Origin: Candidatus Poribacteria bacterium
GTDB taxonomy: Bacteria; Poribacteria; WGA-4E; PCPOR2b
Assembly (NCBI GenBank): GCA_965218095.1
Contig: OZ244587.1
Location: 992,001-1,056,000, forward strand
Direction: 5' to 3'
Length of the DNA stretch: 64,000 bases
The notes beneath the pieces were generated by a model. That model had not been told where the DNA came from and did not search any database. It saw only the letters and a program-made list of their open reading frames with translations. The position numbers were made by a program, and so were the translations under genes. Shown here piece by piece: positions 61,248 to 64,000 of this stretch. Position 1 is the first letter of the stretch. Every line of letters begins with the position of its first letter.

Positions 61248-62147
61248 ATGAAAAAACCTGAAGTCGCCAACGAATCGCCGACCCCCAACGTTATCGCGCT
61301 GGTCCTCCTGCTCGCACTCCTCTGGGGCGGCAACTCGGTCTCCATCAAAATCGCCTTGCAAGGAATTCCACCGTTGGCGCTTGCCGGGATGCGTTTTCTG
61401 CTAGGACTTGTCGCCATCACGCTTTGGTCTCTCCGTCACGGTATTCGCATCCGAATGCATCCGGGCGAGTTGCTCCCTCTGCTCTTCGTATCAGCGATCT
61501 TTACCTTGCAAATCATTACCCTGAACGTCGGCACAAAAATTACAGAAGCGTCACGTTCGACGGTTTTCATCAGCACCTACCCATTTTTCACCGCGCTGTT
61601 CGCCCATTTCTGGGTGCCAGGCGACCGCTTGTCCATCCGGAAAACAATTGGAATTTCCGTCGCATTTGCCGGTGTGCTGCTGACTTTTGCGGGGAGCCTG
61701 AAACTTGAAACGTACGGCTACCTGCGCGGAGACCTGATTGTACTGATGAGCGGTGGTTTGTTAGGCCTGCGGACGGTGGTAACAAAACGGATCGTCCAAT
61801 CCATCCACCCCTATCGCCTGCTGATCTGGTTAATGATTTTCAGCATCCCATGCTTCGTTGTCCCGAGCTTATTCTTCGAGAGAGAAGCAAATTTTCAGTT
61901 CTCGATTTCCGGCGCCGCCGCGATTCTCTATCAAGGCATCGTCATCGCAGGATTTTGCTTCGTTACCTGGACATCGATACTTGAGAAGTACAGCCCGAGC
62001 AGGTTGGTCGTTCTATTTTTTTTGACGCCGCTGTTCGGTGTGTTGTTAAGCTATCTGTTTTTGGGCGATGAGATTGGTCTTGCCCTGATTTTCGGCGCCG
62101 GGTTGGTCGCTTATGGCATTTATCTTGTCAACAAACGGGTTGAATAA
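61248..62147 (+). CDS. DMT/EamA family transporter
   Basis: LLWGGN...PPLALAGMRF; about 10 TM helices in two repeats. Confidence 0.9.
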   Translation: MKKPEVANESPTPNVIALVLLLALLWGGNSVSIKIALQGIPPLALAGMRFLLGLVAITLWSLRHGIRIRMHPGELLPLLFVSAIFTLQIITLNVGTKITEASRSTVFISTYPFFTALFAHFWVPGDRLSIRKTIGISVAFAGVLLTFAGSLKLETYGYLRGDLIVLMSGGLLGLRTVVTKRIVQSIHPYRLLIWLMIFSIPCFVVPSLFFEREANFQFSISGAAAILYQGIVIAGFCFVTWTSILEKYSPSRLVVLFFLTPLFGVLLSYLFLGDEIGLALIFGAGLVAYGIYLVNKRVE

Positions 62148-62297
62148 GTACTCTGAGACTTCTCAATGTGTCCGAGCTCCAGTTACAAAAATAGGGGAAC
62201 AAGCAGCTTGCTTGTTGTCAGTTTCTGTGGCAGATTTTAAAAACAAACTGGCAGCTTATTCTCCAACGGTGCCGATCTTGGAAGTTTCGTTGTAGTG

Positions 62298-63293
62298 TTA
62301 GGTATTGTCGTTGATAGCTTGAAGCAGGCCGCGCATGTGCCCGACGCAGTAAGCGATGTACTCCCGGCCCTCAGAACCACCGGTCGTGAGTCTCATGATA
62401 TGGTCGTAGTCAATCACCGCGTCGTAGCCCACATCGTGCAAGGCTTTAGCAACCTGATACATGTTGAGGTCGCCGCTGTCGGGAATTACCTCCTCGTAGC
62501 CCTTCTTTTCGGGAATCGTCCCTCGCACATTGCGGAAGTGGACATGGAAGATCTTGTTCTGTTCCCCAAAGCGCCGGATGCCCTCAAAGACGTCTTCGCC
62601 CGACTCGTAGCGGGTGCCCACGCAGAAGGTCATGCCATTGTTTGGGGAGGGGACTTCTGAAAACAGTCGATCAAAGGCAGCGAAGTTGTAGAGAATCTGC
62701 GGAACGCCGTAAAGGCTGGGGACCGGCGGGTCATTCCCGTGCATGGCAATCTTGATGCCGACGCTCTCAGCCACGGGCACAACACTGCTGAAAATTTTCA
62801 GGGTGCGCTCCCAGAGTTCTTCGTGGGTTGGCGCGCCTTCTGGAGGGGGCTGGTCGAGTGCTTTGCTCAAGTTCACTTTCAAATGTTTATATCCGCCCCT
62901 GCCCTCAATATAGCTATGCATGGACTCGGGAAAGTGGCCGAATTGGCCAGCTTGGAAACACTGTATGCCCATAATCGGCAGCTTGAACTCGCCGCAAAGC
63001 TCCGCGTTGACAATCAGGTTATCGATCTCCTGTTCAGAGCCAGATTGACCAAGAAAGGTATTGATGTAGTGACTGTTGGAGGTATTAGCCCGCTCGATTT
63101 TTAGGCCAGCTTTGTCGATGGTTTCCACGACTTTTTCCAAGTCATCGCGGTTTGCCCGACCTCCAGCCTCTGAATAACTGGGACAGATGTCCAAAGTAAT
63201 GTCCACGCAATCGACGCCGATCTGCTTGAGAAAACGCAGGTCATTCGGACGGTCCAACCAATCGGGGCTGATACGGGTTCCGATTTTCATCAT
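62298..63293 (-). CDS. mannonate dehydratase (UxuA) family protein
   Basis: VPVAES.GIKIAMHGNDPP, SPNNGMTFCVG, HVHFRNVRG, DYDH. Confidence 0.85.
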   Translation of the reverse strand: MMKIGTRISPDWLDRPNDLRFLKQIGVDCVDITLDICPSYSEAGGRANRDDLEKVVETIDKAGLKIERANTSNSHYINTFLGQSGSEQEIDNLIVNAELCGEFKLPIMGIQCFQAGQFGHFPESMHSYIEGRGGYKHLKVNLSKALDQPPPEGAPTHEELWERTLKIFSSVVPVAESVGIKIAMHGNDPPVPSLYGVPQILYNFAAFDRLFSEVPSPNNGMTFCVGTRYESGEDVFEGIRRFGEQNKIFHVHFRNVRGTIPEKKGYEEVIPDSGDLNMYQVAKALHDVGYDAVIDYDHIMRLTTGGSEGREYIAYCVGHMRGLLQAINDNT

Positions 63294-63429
63294 TTTTCGT
63301 TCTCCTGATATATGTGGTACGACGTATTGGAGGGATAACGCTGCTGATGGGTTCAGTACACCAAGTTTTTTAAATCCGTAGAGACCTTAGTCTTTCTCTT
63401 GAGTGTTGCTGATTGCTACCTATTAGCGG

Positions 63430-63848
63430 GAGTCGCAACCCGCAGCCATAAAGGAGTTTCGCCATCAACTGATAAGTACCGGACATTGCATCAAGAATAC
63501 AGTGGACTTCCCCATTTGTCAGAACGGTGGGCAGGCGCCAGGGTTTTTTAGCGCGGACGACATCGACGAATCGCCCAGTTGTATCTTGAGCACCTCGCGG
63601 TACGAAAATAGTAACGCGCTGAACGCCTGATTCTGCGTGGACGCGGCGACATTTTCGTTGACCGCCAAATGTGTGAGGAATTCTTCAATCTCGCGGGGTC
63701 CCATCTCTTTGGGGTGGCGTACGTGATGAAAGAAGATGTAGCGCTTAATCCAGTTCACATAGGCCTCTTCAGTACGAATTGAGTAGTGTTTCAAGCGAAT
63801 GGCATCTCGGACCTGGTCGAGGAGTTTCTTCTTCGGGACATTTTCCAT
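63430..63848 (-). pseudogene. intI: truncated integron integrase (IntI)
   Basis: [22 protein letters not shown]...HPKEMG...VAASTQNQA; after frameshifts [13 protein letters not shown] and LMAKLLYGCGLRL, then truncated. Confidence 0.85.
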
Positions 63849-64000
63849 TTGGCTGACCTCCATCTGGCAATTTTGCCGTTGATTCCCTTTGTGTGATTAT
63901 GGTAGGATACTGAAAGTGGTAGAAAACAATTCGTTTTCTATTTTAGCATGTTTTTGAGTTTTTATCAATTTTTAACGACCTGCAAAAATGCAGGGATAAA

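Noticed and set aside
63864-64000. attI site
   Set aside because: No convincing GTTRRRY core with a paired L box is visible before the window ends

Overview
Bacterial chromosomal window of about 50% GC. Its gene content (several Gfo/Idh/MocA and phytanoyl-CoA dioxygenase genes, CARDB proteins, heptamer intergenic repeats) resembles Candidatus Poribacteria; this is an inference. The core is an rpoB-rpoC pair detached from ribosomal protein genes and driven by its own perfect sigma70 promoter. The standout feature is RpoB (1672 aa). Its beta-lobe insertion site carries three tandem copies of the lineage-specific module, two copies of a ~65-75 aa foreign module and, nested inside one of these, an apparently intact zinc-binding HNH endonuclease domain, all in frame and with no intein motifs. 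RpoC has an unusual N-terminal Cys-rich insert. Other notable items: (1) a putative LOG-ADH-UbiA-class II terpene cyclase-glycosyltransferase cluster interrupted by insertions; (2) a XamI-type R-M system whose endonuclease is split by an IS5-family element; (3) two inverted copies of that IS, in which a 16-bp duplication puts the two transposase ORFs in one frame; (4) a REP-bounded insert flanked by a 40-bp duplication of a gene start; (5) a DDE IS, a 51-bp MITE, a truncated integron integrase and many gene stubs; (6) four amber nonsense codons, all in CTAG context. No rRNA, tRNA or CRISPR array was recognised.
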